DNA of 53,618 nt from an uncultured Anaeroplasma sp. (GCA_945920825.1 CAMEKD010000001.1:1-53618), one strand, 5' to 3'; shown: positions 27,971 through 37,835, numbered from the stretch's first letter. The notes: generated by a model from the sequence alone, not told the origin. Translations and numbers: made by a program.

Positions 27971-30691
27971 TTAGTACAAATCCTCATATTCATCTAGATA
28001 ATCTTCATATGGATTATCATCTAAATAGAATTCATCATCATCAATAGAATCTATAGCATCGCTTGCTTCTAAATCCTGATCGAATAGAGCCATTTTATGG
28101 CCAAATAATGTTATATATTCCTTGTCCTTATCCGTTTTCATCCTTAGGCCTGGTTTTTTATAATCCCTACCTAATAGATCTTTAAATTTAGAGCCTTCCC
28201 TACACATAAAATAATATAAAAGAATCCAAGCATAGGATATATTATTCTTAGAATAATCATCTAGCTTTCTTATAGCCATTCTCGCTCTATTCTTATTATT
28301 GATACACTTTATGACTTCTTTCTCATGTTCATCTAAAATTCTTTGGAAGCCAGCATTCATATTCATGAATACATCCTCCCTCATTTTTAAGCCCTTCTTC
28401 TCTTCTTTGAATTTTGAATCAATTTCTTTCACCAATTCATCTAATTTATCTATAGCCTTTTTATCATGTCCATTATATTTTTTAGGATATGGGGATGAAA
28501 TGAGACTCTCGAAGGTTACTTCCTTTTCCTCACTATTCGTCAGAGGATGATCCAAAAGATATTTCACCATATAATCTAGGCCAACCTCCATACCATTTTT
28601 CATCTTAAGAGAATTCTTCTTTTCACTTTTTTCAAGGCATAATGGCATTTTTGGCCAATTGGATTTCTTTATATCTCCATTCTTATCCTTATATTCGTAG
28701 CAATATTTCTCATTTAAATTAGAAATAATCAAAGAGGTCTCTAATGGATATGGCCTTTTGGCTGAATCAATTTCCATATTAGATAATACGGCTAAAATGC
28801 AAATATCCTTATAGATATCCTCTAATTTAGGGTCATTTTTATTCTTATGAAATGTATCCCAATAAAGACAATTTAAGCAGGTCGCATAATTTACTACTGT
28901 TCCTACCTTATTATTACTAATCTTGCTGTCGGGTTTTGATAGATCAACCCTAAAGCTTTGGATATCCGATTCCTTTATAGGCTCAACTAAATTTACTGGT
29001 ACCTTAAAGCGATTCTCATTTTCTTTTGCTCTTTTATAAAGAATAGGATTATTGGTCATCATGACGGAATCAGAATCAAAATCCATTCCATTTAATCTTT
29101 GTAATATATTATGGTTAATAGAATTTACTACTACAATTTCCTTAGATAAATTGAAATAGTCATCTATGATAGGAAGATTCTTATTCTTTGTAACCCATAA
29201 ATTACCCATAGTAATATGAGGATATCTTATTATAGTTAATGCCTCACCATCACTAAAGCCTTTAGAATAGATTTCTTTATTTAATAATAGGGATTCAGGA
29301 TTATTATAATTAAATGGAGTTATCTTATCTTTTATTAATTTATCTGTATCTGCAAGAGCAATTAAAAATTCATAAGGGTTAGATAATACGGTTGCATATC
29401 TGCCTTCAATTAGAATTCTTCCCTTTTTATATTCCTTTAATAAATTATCCGTTTGGTATCTTCTAAAATCCTTAATTAATGGAGTATAGTAAAGGTCTTG
29501 CTTGCGGTTTAATAAATCCTTTACAATTTGATATTTATAATTTTGGGTCTTTGCATCATCTGAAGGATTCTTCTTATGATTTTGGTTTAAATCATAAGAG
29601 AATACATGAACATCATTTTTAAAGTATTCTCTATACTTTATTGTAGGCTCAAATAAGGATGCAATATCTTCCTTCGTAAGTGCTAGAGTATTTAATAGAG
29701 TATAGGAGCTTTTTACCATATCTCCATCAAAATATTTTGATTTCTTATCAAATTTACAAATACCAAATTCCTCTTCGAAGGTTGGATCAGAAATCCATTT
29801 GTTAAATTGTGCTTCTAGATTATCCTCTTCTGCAAATTTTAAATATTTTAGTGAGGAATAGGTACAAACAAGCTTAATATCTTCTATTCTTTCTGCTAGA
29901 GTAAAGAAGCCCTTTTTCTTTTTTAATCCACCTAAAGTTGCATATTTCTTTAGCCACTTTTGAAGCTTTGTGTTAAAGGCACAGCATTTAAAGAATTTAT
30001 TTCTAAGAAGCATCATAGAATGAGGCTCATCAAGCTGTTTGAAGCAGGATTCATCTAATAATCCTTCTCCATCCCAAATGGTATTTTCAATTTCAACTAC
30101 CTTTTCTTCTACAGTTAAATCACCCTCACCAAAAACGGCATAGCAATCCTCCTTAAAGTTGGATTTCGCATCAGGAATAATTAAAATAGCTTTCTTTGGA
30201 ATTTTTACGGATGCACAAATATTCGATAGGGTTAATGCTTGATAGGATTCAAAGGAAACAGGGTTTTCCATAACCTTTTTATTATCATAGCTTAATCCAG
30301 CTAATGCCCAAGCCTCCATTTTCTCCTTGTATTTTTCTTGAATGAAATAGCAGTTACCTTCTCTTGCAGAGGAGGCGGTTCTTTTATATCTGACGTAATG
30401 AATGCCTTTAATATTAAAACCCTCTTCATAAAGAAGAGCTCTGTTTTTTTCCATACTCCTACTAGAGGAAAAGGATACCTGGACAAGCTCCGTTATGGAG
30501 TCTAGATTTGTATTCTCTTTATCCTTATCTTGGTTAATTTCATATAATAGCCTTCTAGATTCCATAGAATCAGAAAATATGGATCTATGAGAAATAGATT
30601 CTTTGCTTGGATCCTTTAGACCTGAAATATTTCGATTTTGCTTCATAATTTCACTTGCTGATAGATGCCATATATATCTTCCACTTATCAT
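27971..30691 (-). CDS. Single-subunit two-barrel RNA polymerase, YonO-like / eukaryotic RdRP homolog
   Basis: Motifs in the RdRP order: IWDGEG (~aa207), LRNKFFKC, IIRYPH (~489), RLNGMDFDSD (DxDxD, ~537-541), GTVVN, EIDSAK (~642). Confidence 0.8.
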   Translation of the reverse strand: MISGRYIWHLSASEIMKQNRNISGLKDPSKESISHRSIFSDSMESRRLLYEINQDKDKENTNLDSITELVQVSFSSSRSMEKNRALLYEEGFNIKGIHYVRYKRTASSAREGNCYFIQEKYKEKMEAWALAGLSYDNKKVMENPVSFESYQALTLSNICASVKIPKKAILIIPDAKSNFKEDCYAVFGEGDLTVEEKVVEIENTIWDGEGLLDESCFKQLDEPHSMMLLRNKFFKCCAFNTKLQKWLKKYATLGGLKKKKGFFTLAERIEDIKLVCTYSSLKYLKFAEEDNLEAQFNKWISDPTFEEEFGICKFDKKSKYFDGDMVKSSYTLLNTLALTKEDIASLFEPTIKYREYFKNDVHVFSYDLNQNHKKNPSDDAKTQNYKYQIVKDLLNRKQDLYYTPLIKDFRRYQTDNLLKEYKKGRILIEGRYATVLSNPYEFLIALADTDKLIKDKITPFNYNNPESLLLNKEIYSKGFSDGEALTIIRYPHITMGNLWVTKNKNLPIIDDYFNLSKEIVVVNSINHNILQRLNGMDFDSDSVMMTNNPILYKRAKENENRFKVPVNLVEPIKESDIQSFRVDLSKPDSKISNNKVGTVVNYATCLNCLYWDTFHKNKNDPKLEDIYKDICILAVLSNMEIDSAKRPYPLETSLIISNLNEKYCYEYKDKNGDIKKSNWPKMPLCLEKSEKKNSLKMKNGMEVGLDYMVKYLLDHPLTNSEEKEVTFESLISSPYPKKYNGHDKKAIDKLDELVKEIDSKFKEEKKGLKMREDVFMNMNAGFQRILDEHEKEVIKCINNKNRARMAIRKLDDYSKNNISYAWILLYYFMCREGSKFKDLLGRDYKKPGLRMKTDKDKEYITLFGHKMALFDQDLEASDAIDSIDDDEFYLDDNPYEDYLDEYEDLY

Positions 30692-30700
30692 ATAAAACTC

Positions 30701-31861
30701 CTACTTTTTCATAATTGCTACTTTCCCATAAGGTGGTTTTACCTCATCGTTTGTCAAAAGCCAAAGAAGGGGTATATTCCCCTTTTCCTCTTCTTTGGGG
30801 AATGTGGCATAGCCATCCGTTAATATAATTAAATATTTTGGTTTATTTTCCATTTGCATCACATATCGAAATACATTATGGAAGGAAGTGCCTCCACCAC
30901 CCTTTGGTATTATTTTAGTTAAATCTATGGAGCTATCAAATGGAATGGGCTCATAAACCTTTGCATCAAAAAAGCCTATAAGGCCCTTAAGCCTGCCCTC
31001 AAATGCTTGAATCGCACCATTGATTTCGCTATAAACCAATGTAATATCCTCTATCGACATAGAGCCTGAGGTATCTACCATGAATAATACATCCTCTAAA
31101 TTTTCATCCATTTCACTAAAGCTTGGCATAAAGAATTCCGCGTCATATCTTCTATCTGGTGGAGTAAAGGTATAATCATTGATTTCAAATTCAATAAATT
31201 CATTTAAAAGCTCTCTCCAGTTTACTCTAGATTCCTTTAGCTCCTTGACTAATCTTTCTACACCAAATGGAATAGAGCCAACCCCGGGCTTACCATTTTG
31301 GTGTGCTCTATCCTCCATATCCTTAATGGCAATGATTTTCGCATTGACATCATCTTCTCTTTCCTTATCCATTTCCCATTTCGAATGATCATCAAACCCT
31401 AAGGACGGAATTCTGTTTCCGTTTTTCAAAAGCTTTTCATAAACCTCTTCTGCAGTAAATAGATATCCTTCCTTACCTTCAATTTGATGCATAGAGATAT
31501 TCCCATTTACCTTGATAGCATCTAAATTCATTCCCTTAGACTTTAGGATATTGGAATTCACTACAATATCACAAGCGATATTAAATAACTCCTGATTATA
31601 TTTTAAGCCTCTTTTGCAATGCTTTAGGGCTACATGCATAACCTCATGCATTAAAACGAAATCAAGCTCCATGTCGGATAAAGATTCCATAAATTTTGGG
31701 CTAAAGCAAATTTTTTCTCCATCGGTATAGGCTGTATCACAGCCAGGATCTAAGCCAAAGGCCATGTTTTCTAGCATAATACCATAAAATCCATAATTGG
31801 TAAGAATTCTTATTCTAGCAAGTAATAATCTTCTTTGATATTCTTTCATACTAGATTGCAT
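30701..31861 (-). CDS. Zincin-like metallopeptidase plus vWA domain protein (DUF2201-like)
   Basis: TAYTDG, HEVMH, FNIACD..VN, DDHSKW, VNWRELL. MIDAS motifs VDTSGSM, GGGTSF and LTDG. Confidence 0.88.
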   Translation of the reverse strand: MQSSMKEYQRRLLLARIRILTNYGFYGIMLENMAFGLDPGCDTAYTDGEKICFSPKFMESLSDMELDFVLMHEVMHVALKHCKRGLKYNQELFNIACDIVVNSNILKSKGMNLDAIKVNGNISMHQIEGKEGYLFTAEEVYEKLLKNGNRIPSLGFDDHSKWEMDKEREDDVNAKIIAIKDMEDRAHQNGKPGVGSIPFGVERLVKELKESRVNWRELLNEFIEFEINDYTFTPPDRRYDAEFFMPSFSEMDENLEDVLFMVDTSGSMSIEDITLVYSEINGAIQAFEGRLKGLIGFFDAKVYEPIPFDSSIDLTKIIPKGGGGTSFHNVFRYVMQMENKPKYLIILTDGYATFPKEEEKGNIPLLWLLTNDEVKPPYGKVAIMKK

Positions 31862-32963
31862 CTAGGAATCTTCCCTTCTCTCTTAGCCACTTCATAAATT
31901 CAGGGATTTTTAATAGCTTTTGCTTATAATCCTTTTCTAAATATAAATAATCCTTAAGTAATACAATCGAATAATCCGGTGGTAGCATATTTGCATATAA
32001 TATACTATTTCTGATTAAATCTAAATCATCTCTATGATGATATGCATAGGCAACCATAGAGGATTCTAGTGCGTATAATACGTCTGGTTCCTTGGGTACT
32101 TTAGTTTCTTCTCCTTTGAATATTTTTTCAATATTCGGTAATTTCGAATAGACCTTTGTATAGGTTCTAAGCTCAGTTGCAAGACCTTTACCTAAAATAC
32201 CTGCAAGTAAATCGAAGACATCCTTAAAATCATAGGATACCGTATTTAAGATATTCGATGCTAATTCCCAAGATCTTGGTGTTGCAAAAACAATACCATT
32301 ATCCTGGGGATTAAAGGTATTTAAGCAATCGGGCTTAAAGCGCAAAAATCCTAAGATATATTCATGAATTCCTTTAGAGATTGCCCAGTTATGCCATGAG
32401 TCTGGGTCTACAGCTACCTCTAAATGTAATAAACGATTGGCAAGTGCCTTTGGCATTTGGTAGGCAACCGATTTATCGGTTACTCTATTTCCTGCCGCAA
32501 GAACAATACAGTTTTTGGGGAGTTTATGCTCACCAACCATACGGTCTAGGGTAATTTGGTATGCTGCTGCTTGTACGGATTGTGGGGCCGCACTAATCTC
32601 ATCTAAGAATAAAATGTTGATGACATCTTCACTTTCATCCATTTGGAATATTTTAGGCTTTAACCAAACCGCTAGGGTTTTATCCTCGTTTGCGGTTGGA
32701 ATACCTCTTAAATCGATTGGATTAAATAGAATTAATCTTACATCAATTACATTACATCTTTTCTTTAATCCTAATTCTAAATCACAAGCTAAATCATGAA
32801 TGGCTTGGGATTTACCAATACCAGGCTGACCCCAAAGCATTACGGAAGGTAATGCCTTTAGGGGTACATTCTTTTCTATTGCTCTTGCATACATTTTATA
32901 TAATATTTTTCTTACATCCCCTGGGTTTAATACAGGAACATTTCCAATTGTTGTTTTATCCAT
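31851..32963 (-). CDS. MoxR-like (AAA_5) AAA+ ATPase
   Basis: WGQPGIGKS, DLRGIP, LFLDEI, AAGN, ALANRL, TPRSW. Confidence 0.88.
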   Translation of the reverse strand: MDKTTIGNVPVLNPGDVRKILYKMYARAIEKNVPLKALPSVMLWGQPGIGKSQAIHDLACDLELGLKKRCNVIDVRLILFNPIDLRGIPTANEDKTLAVWLKPKIFQMDESEDVINILFLDEISAAPQSVQAAAYQITLDRMVGEHKLPKNCIVLAAGNRVTDKSVAYQMPKALANRLLHLEVAVDPDSWHNWAISKGIHEYILGFLRFKPDCLNTFNPQDNGIVFATPRSWELASNILNTVSYDFKDVFDLLAGILGKGLATELRTYTKVYSKLPNIEKIFKGEETKVPKEPDVLYALESSMVAYAYHHRDDLDLIRNSILYANMLPPDYSIVLLKDYLYLEKDYKQKLLKIPEFMKWLREKGRFLDAI

Positions 32964-35900
32964 TGATGTTTAACTCCTTTTCTATAGCCTTTATTTCTCT
33001 TGCTAAGGACTCTATTGCAGAGGAATAATCTGGTTTCTTTAATACCTCTTCCTCAATCGCAATCTTTCTATTCTTTAAATCTAATAAATTACTATCTGAT
33101 GTATCTAATCTTTCCTTCATAGAATTTAAATAATTATCGATTCTTGGTAATATACCCATTTCTGAATTACCCATAGTTACCATATAGGTACCCTTACCCT
33201 TTAATCTTAGGAATAGATAATTGGCAAGCATATTGTCTGGATAATATACCTTAAATCCTTGGTAATCCATGATATATTCCTCTTCTTCCATATTTAAATG
33301 CTCCATTAAACCAGTCCATAAAATTTTGCGAATTTCTGTTCTTTTTTCAGTAGTATACTCCTGTTTGTTTTCCTCATAGAGGATAACATCCTCTTGTAAA
33401 TTAGAAACACGACTTTCTTGTTCTTCAATTTTTGTAGGTAATTGCATTAATTCTCTTTCAAGTAGAGTAAATCTTGCCTCTGTTCTCTTTTGTAATAGCT
33501 TAAGCTTATTTAATTGATTTGTTTTATCCGCATAATCTTTAAGTCTAGGAGATCCTATAGCTAATGCCTTAACCTCACCATAGCTTAATACAGTATCTGC
33601 GATATCATCCTTAGATCTATCTGTTAATGCATTCGATAATAAATCATTAATAAATCTTTGCTTAGTTTCAAGTAGCTGCCAAGAATATGCATCAAAGGAG
33701 CCTTCTAAGATATATCTATGAATAAAGACCTCTTTATTTTGATTCTTTTGTCTTATAATTCTTCCTTCTCTTTGCTGCATATCCGATGGTCTCCAAGGAA
33801 TCGATAGGTGATGAATCGAATATAGCCTATCCTGTACATTTACACCTGTACCAAGCTTTTCCGTTGAACCGATTAATACTCTTACCTCTCCATCTCTTAC
33901 CCTTTTAAATAGTTTCGTTCTTTTTGCCTCTGTTGTAGCATTATGTATATATTCAATTTCGCTATCCTTAATACCAAATTGAACAAGCAATCTTTTTACC
34001 TCATCATATACATTAAAGCCATCCTTGGGAGTACCAATGTCTGAGAAAACTAATTGAGTGCCCTTGAATGAATTTGTTGTCAAATAATCCTTTAATATGT
34101 TTTGACAGCATGCATATATTTTACCTTTAGTTTCATTCTTATAGGTAACCTCATCAATTAAACGCATATCTAAGGCTGCCTTTCTACCATCGGTTGTAAC
34201 CTTAAGTAGATTATCATCCTTCCTAGATATTCTATGATTTCTTATATCCTCAACTCTTATAGAAATATTAGCTAAATAATCCTTAAAGCCTTGCGTTTTC
34301 TTAATTAATGTATCTGTATATGCATCAAATTTAGGTAGCTCATCGCTATTCTTAGTGTAATAGAAATCACAAACCTCAGATAATATCTGTGTTAATTCAG
34401 GTAAATTATGAAATCTTGAGAACCTGGTATTTACTCTATAGCCTTGGGTATCTAAATCAATCTCAAGCTCCTCGTGAGCTTCAGCAAATTGGCTACTCCA
34501 GTTATCAAAGGTATCAATATCTAATAGCTTTAATTCTGAATTTTGTAAATAGCGCTGTATCGCATAGCAATCCGTAACGGAATTCGTTATTGGAGTACCA
34601 GATGCTAAAATTACGCCACCATCATTTTTGTTTAAATAATCGATAACCTCAAGCATATGCATACATTTCTTAGACCCTTGGGTATTTAAGCCTGCAATTT
34701 CACCCATATGAGATACTAATGGGATATTCTTATAATTATGTGCCTCATCGACAAATAATCTTGTAATACCTAATTTATCGAAGGAAATATCTTCATCACT
34801 ATTCTCTCCTTCCTTAATTAAATCGCTAAGCTTTTCCTCTAAAGATTTTAAATAACGGTCTAAGGTTTTTGTTTGATATTTAGGATCCTTAGCTTCTAGA
34901 TTTAAAACCTCTTGAATTTGCTTTTCCAAATTCAATTTCTTTTCCTCAAAGGATAAGGGTATAGAATCAAAGGAAGAATGAGGAATAATAATAGATTTAT
35001 ATTCGGAATCTCTTATAAGCTCTAATGTTTTTCTTCTATTCTGTGTTGAAAAATCTGTTGACTTTAGGCTTAAGAATTTCGCAGTAGGATATAAATAGGA
35101 ATAGGCCTCTGCCCATTCACCTGTAATGGTATTCGGAACAACAAATAAATTCTTTTTCGATTTAGAGGTTCTAAGTAATTCCTCACCACCCGCAATCATT
35201 TCGTAGGTTTTACCTGCACCTACATTATGTGCAAGATAGGTATTTTTGGTTAAAAGAATTCTTGCGACGGCATTCTTTTGGTAATCAAATAGGGTAACCT
35301 TAGGGTTAATACCCTTAAAATCAATAAAATTGCCATTAAAGATTCTAGATACATTGTAGCCAAATAATGTATTATAGGCTTCTACTAGCTTATCCTTATA
35401 TTCATACCTTTCATCAATCCACTGATGGAATTTTTCTTCCATAGCACGAGCCTTTTCCTGTAAAAGAAGAGTTTCTTCCTTATTTAGGATGTTTACAGTT
35501 TTTAGTTTACCATTATTATCATAATTTCTTTTAATATCATATACCGTTAGCTTTTTACTATTTAATAGTCGTTCTAAAATTTGAGTAACTTTAACTCTAG
35601 AGGTTCCATAGCTTAAATTATAGCGATAGCTCGCTAAATAATCAGGAATCTCCCAAATACCTGTAATGGTATCATGTAAAATCATTTCCTTTGCGGAATC
35701 TGTTTTACCTAAAATAGAACAAATAAAGCTTCTAATGATATCATGAGGAATCCAAGGGGAGGATAGCTTATAATAGATTTGATCGATATCTACACCCTTA
35801 GGTAATATTTTTAAAATGGCATCAATATTATCCTGAAATGCACCATTATAAATTTTATTGGCTTCTTGAGCACTTCTTAATTTTGTTAAAAGATTGCCAG

Positions 35901-36213
35901 ATAGGTATTCCTCACTCGTTAAGAAGCCCTTATAATATACACCCTTAAATAAGGTAGGGTCTTGAAATATAGCCCCTCTTAATCTTTTAATACAATCCTC
36001 TAAGGAAATTCCTGTAATTTTAGATATGTATTCAATATCTACCTTACCTAAATTCTTTAAGGAATATAAAAGACCATCGCCTGCAGATTCTGCATGAACC
36101 TCTTCTATTTTATCCTCATTATCTACCTCGAGAATATCCCAATCTAGTGGTAGGTCAACGGGATTATCGAATTCAACAGTACTATCTTCAATGAATTTTT
36201 TTGTATATTGCAT
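32956..36213 (-). CDS. SNF2-family helicase of the ICE/phage methylase-helicase (DarB-like) type, without a methyltransferase domain
   Basis: EYLSGN, YQKNAV, AHNVGAGKT, VDEAHNYKN, ASGTP, QLVFSD, GTGVNVQ, PWRPSDMQQREGRIIRQ. Confidence 0.85.
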   Translation of the reverse strand: MQYTKKFIEDSTVEFDNPVDLPLDWDILEVDNEDKIEEVHAESAGDGLLYSLKNLGKVDIEYISKITGISLEDCIKRLRGAIFQDPTLFKGVYYKGFLTSEEYLSGNLLTKLRSAQEANKIYNGAFQDNIDAILKILPKGVDIDQIYYKLSSPWIPHDIIRSFICSILGKTDSAKEMILHDTITGIWEIPDYLASYRYNLSYGTSRVKVTQILERLLNSKKLTVYDIKRNYDNNGKLKTVNILNKEETLLLQEKARAMEEKFHQWIDERYEYKDKLVEAYNTLFGYNVSRIFNGNFIDFKGINPKVTLFDYQKNAVARILLTKNTYLAHNVGAGKTYEMIAGGEELLRTSKSKKNLFVVPNTITGEWAEAYSYLYPTAKFLSLKSTDFSTQNRRKTLELIRDSEYKSIIIPHSSFDSIPLSFEEKKLNLEKQIQEVLNLEAKDPKYQTKTLDRYLKSLEEKLSDLIKEGENSDEDISFDKLGITRLFVDEAHNYKNIPLVSHMGEIAGLNTQGSKKCMHMLEVIDYLNKNDGGVILASGTPITNSVTDCYAIQRYLQNSELKLLDIDTFDNWSSQFAEAHEELEIDLDTQGYRVNTRFSRFHNLPELTQILSEVCDFYYTKNSDELPKFDAYTDTLIKKTQGFKDYLANISIRVEDIRNHRISRKDDNLLKVTTDGRKAALDMRLIDEVTYKNETKGKIYACCQNILKDYLTTNSFKGTQLVFSDIGTPKDGFNVYDEVKRLLVQFGIKDSEIEYIHNATTEAKRTKLFKRVRDGEVRVLIGSTEKLGTGVNVQDRLYSIHHLSIPWRPSDMQQREGRIIRQKNQNKEVFIHRYILEGSFDAYSWQLLETKQRFINDLLSNALTDRSKDDIADTVLSYGEVKALAIGSPRLKDYADKTNQLNKLKLLQKRTEARFTLLERELMQLPTKIEEQESRVSNLQEDVILYEENKQEYTTEKRTEIRKILWTGLMEHLNMEEEEYIMDYQGFKVYYPDNMLANYLFLRLKGKGTYMVTMGNSEMGILPRIDNYLNSMKERLDTSDSNLLDLKNRKIAIEEEVLKKPDYSSAIESLAREIKAIEKELNING

Positions 36214-36239
36214 AGAATAACCTCCTTATTCGAAATCAC

Positions 36240-36271
36240 TATCTATATATCGAAATATATTCCTTTTGCAA
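36240..36271 (-). promoter_or_regulatory. Putative promoter, module motif copy 1 (TTGCAAAAGG-N11-ATATATAGATA)
   Basis: Lies upstream of the AAGGAGG RBS of the helicase. Matches the copy at 27919-27950. Confidence 0.6.
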
Positions 36272-36467
36272 GAGAATAATATAGCTTATTTTGACATTAT
36301 TCGTGTCTAAAAGAAAAAAAGTTTTATTTTTTATTATATTCATTATAATAGAATTCATTAATGAATTCTAGAGAAGTGAAATTATTTTAATAATATATTC
36401 TATAACAGGAAAACGTTTTGTTACAGGCTTACAGCCTAAAATGTGCTATACTCGTTATGGTGATACT

Positions 36468-37835
36468 ATGACAAAGGATTTAACATGCGGTAAGCCAAGC
36501 AAAGTGATTTTCACGTTTTGTCTTCCACTTTTCGCATCCGTAATTTTTCAACAATTATATAATATTGCAGATTCCTTGGTTGCAGGAAATTTTATCGAAA
36601 ATGGAGAATCTGCCATAGCCGCGATCGGTAATTCCTATGAGATTACCTTAGTTTATTTAGCGTTTGCCTTTGGCTGTAATATGGGGTGCTCCGTCATTGT
36701 TTCTAGATTCTTTGGGCAAAAGGCAATCAACAAAGCTAAAGCCTCTATTTACACTGCCTTAATTACAACGACCATTACCTGCCTAATCCTGATGGTTTTA
36801 GGATTAACCTTAGGAGAGACGATATTAAGATTAATTAAAACTCCAGAAAACCTACTAGCTGATTCTAAGCTATATTTAGATATTTATACCTACGGCTTAT
36901 TATTTGTATTTATATATAATTTATGTACTGGAATATTTAGCGCCTTTGGCGATTCCAAAACGCCATTCATATTCTTAGCTATTTCTTCTATAGCTAATGT
37001 ATTTATGGATATAGTATTTGTTGTGGAATTTCAAATGGGTATTGCAGGTGTTGCCTGGGCAACCTTCATTTGTCAGGGAATATCTAGCATTCTATCCTTT
37101 GTTATTGTTTTATATAGAATTAAAAAATTAAAGCCATTTGAAAATGAAATAGATACGGTAAAGCCGTTTGATTTTAGACTACTTAAAACCATGCTTATAA
37201 TAGCTATTCCATCGATTTTGCAGCAATCCTTTGTCTCTATAGGGAATATTCTAATTCAATCCGTAATTAATTCCTTTGGGGAATCAACTATGGCTGGGTA
37301 TAGTGCCGTAATTAAGCTGCAAAATTTGGTCGTAACTGGGCTTACTACCCTAAGTAATGGCATTTCAAATTACACTGCACAAAACCTAGGTAGGGGCAAA
37401 ATAGAGCGTATCAGGCCCGGGTTTATATCTGGGCTAAAGCTTACTCTAATTTTAATTATTCCATTTTCCATTATCTATTTCTTCTTTGGTAAATATATTG
37501 TACAAATCTTCTTAAAGGAAGGTACATCAAGTGATGCCATAGAGATTGCGAACAATTTCTTAAGAATCATCGCGCCATTTTATATTTTAGTTGCGACAAA
37601 ACTAATTGCAGATGGTGTAATTCGAGGATATGCCAAAATGGGACTATTCATGACAGATACCTTCTTAGATTTGTTTTTAAGAGTAGGCCTTGCCTTCCTC
37701 TTCCCTTATGTATTCCATTTAGGTTCAAATGGAATATGGCTTTCTTGGCCTATTGGTTGGGGCTTATCGATGGGGCTTGCTGTAATCTTCTATATTTTCG
37801 TTACAAAGGATAAAAATAAAAATCTATATGAGTAG
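36468..37835 (+). CDS. MATE family efflux transporter
   Basis: KDLTCGKP, FQQLYNIADS, GDSKTP, MGIAGVAWAT. About 12 TM helices. Confidence 0.92.
   Translation: MTKDLTCGKPSKVIFTFCLPLFASVIFQQLYNIADSLVAGNFIENGESAIAAIGNSYEITLVYLAFAFGCNMGCSVIVSRFFGQKAINKAKASIYTALITTTITCLILMVLGLTLGETILRLIKTPENLLADSKLYLDIYTYGLLFVFIYNLCTGIFSAFGDSKTPFIFLAISSIANVFMDIVFVVEFQMGIAGVAWATFICQGISSILSFVIVLYRIKKLKPFENEIDTVKPFDFRLLKTMLIIAIPSILQQSFVSIGNILIQSVINSFGESTMAGYSAVIKLQNLVVTGLTTLSNGISNYTAQNLGRGKIERIRPGFISGLKLTLILIIPFSIIYFFFGKYIVQIFLKEGTSSDAIEIANNFLRIIAPFYILVATKLIADGVIRGYAKMGLFMTDTFLDLFLRVGLAFLFPYVFHLGSNGIWLSWPIGWGLSMGLAVIFYIFVTKDKNKNLYE

Noticed and set aside
25059-36213. Prophage call based on the YonO-like polymerase
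   Set aside because: No structural, packaging, lysis, integrase or replication genes and no att repeats around the block. A remote phage origin remains possible.
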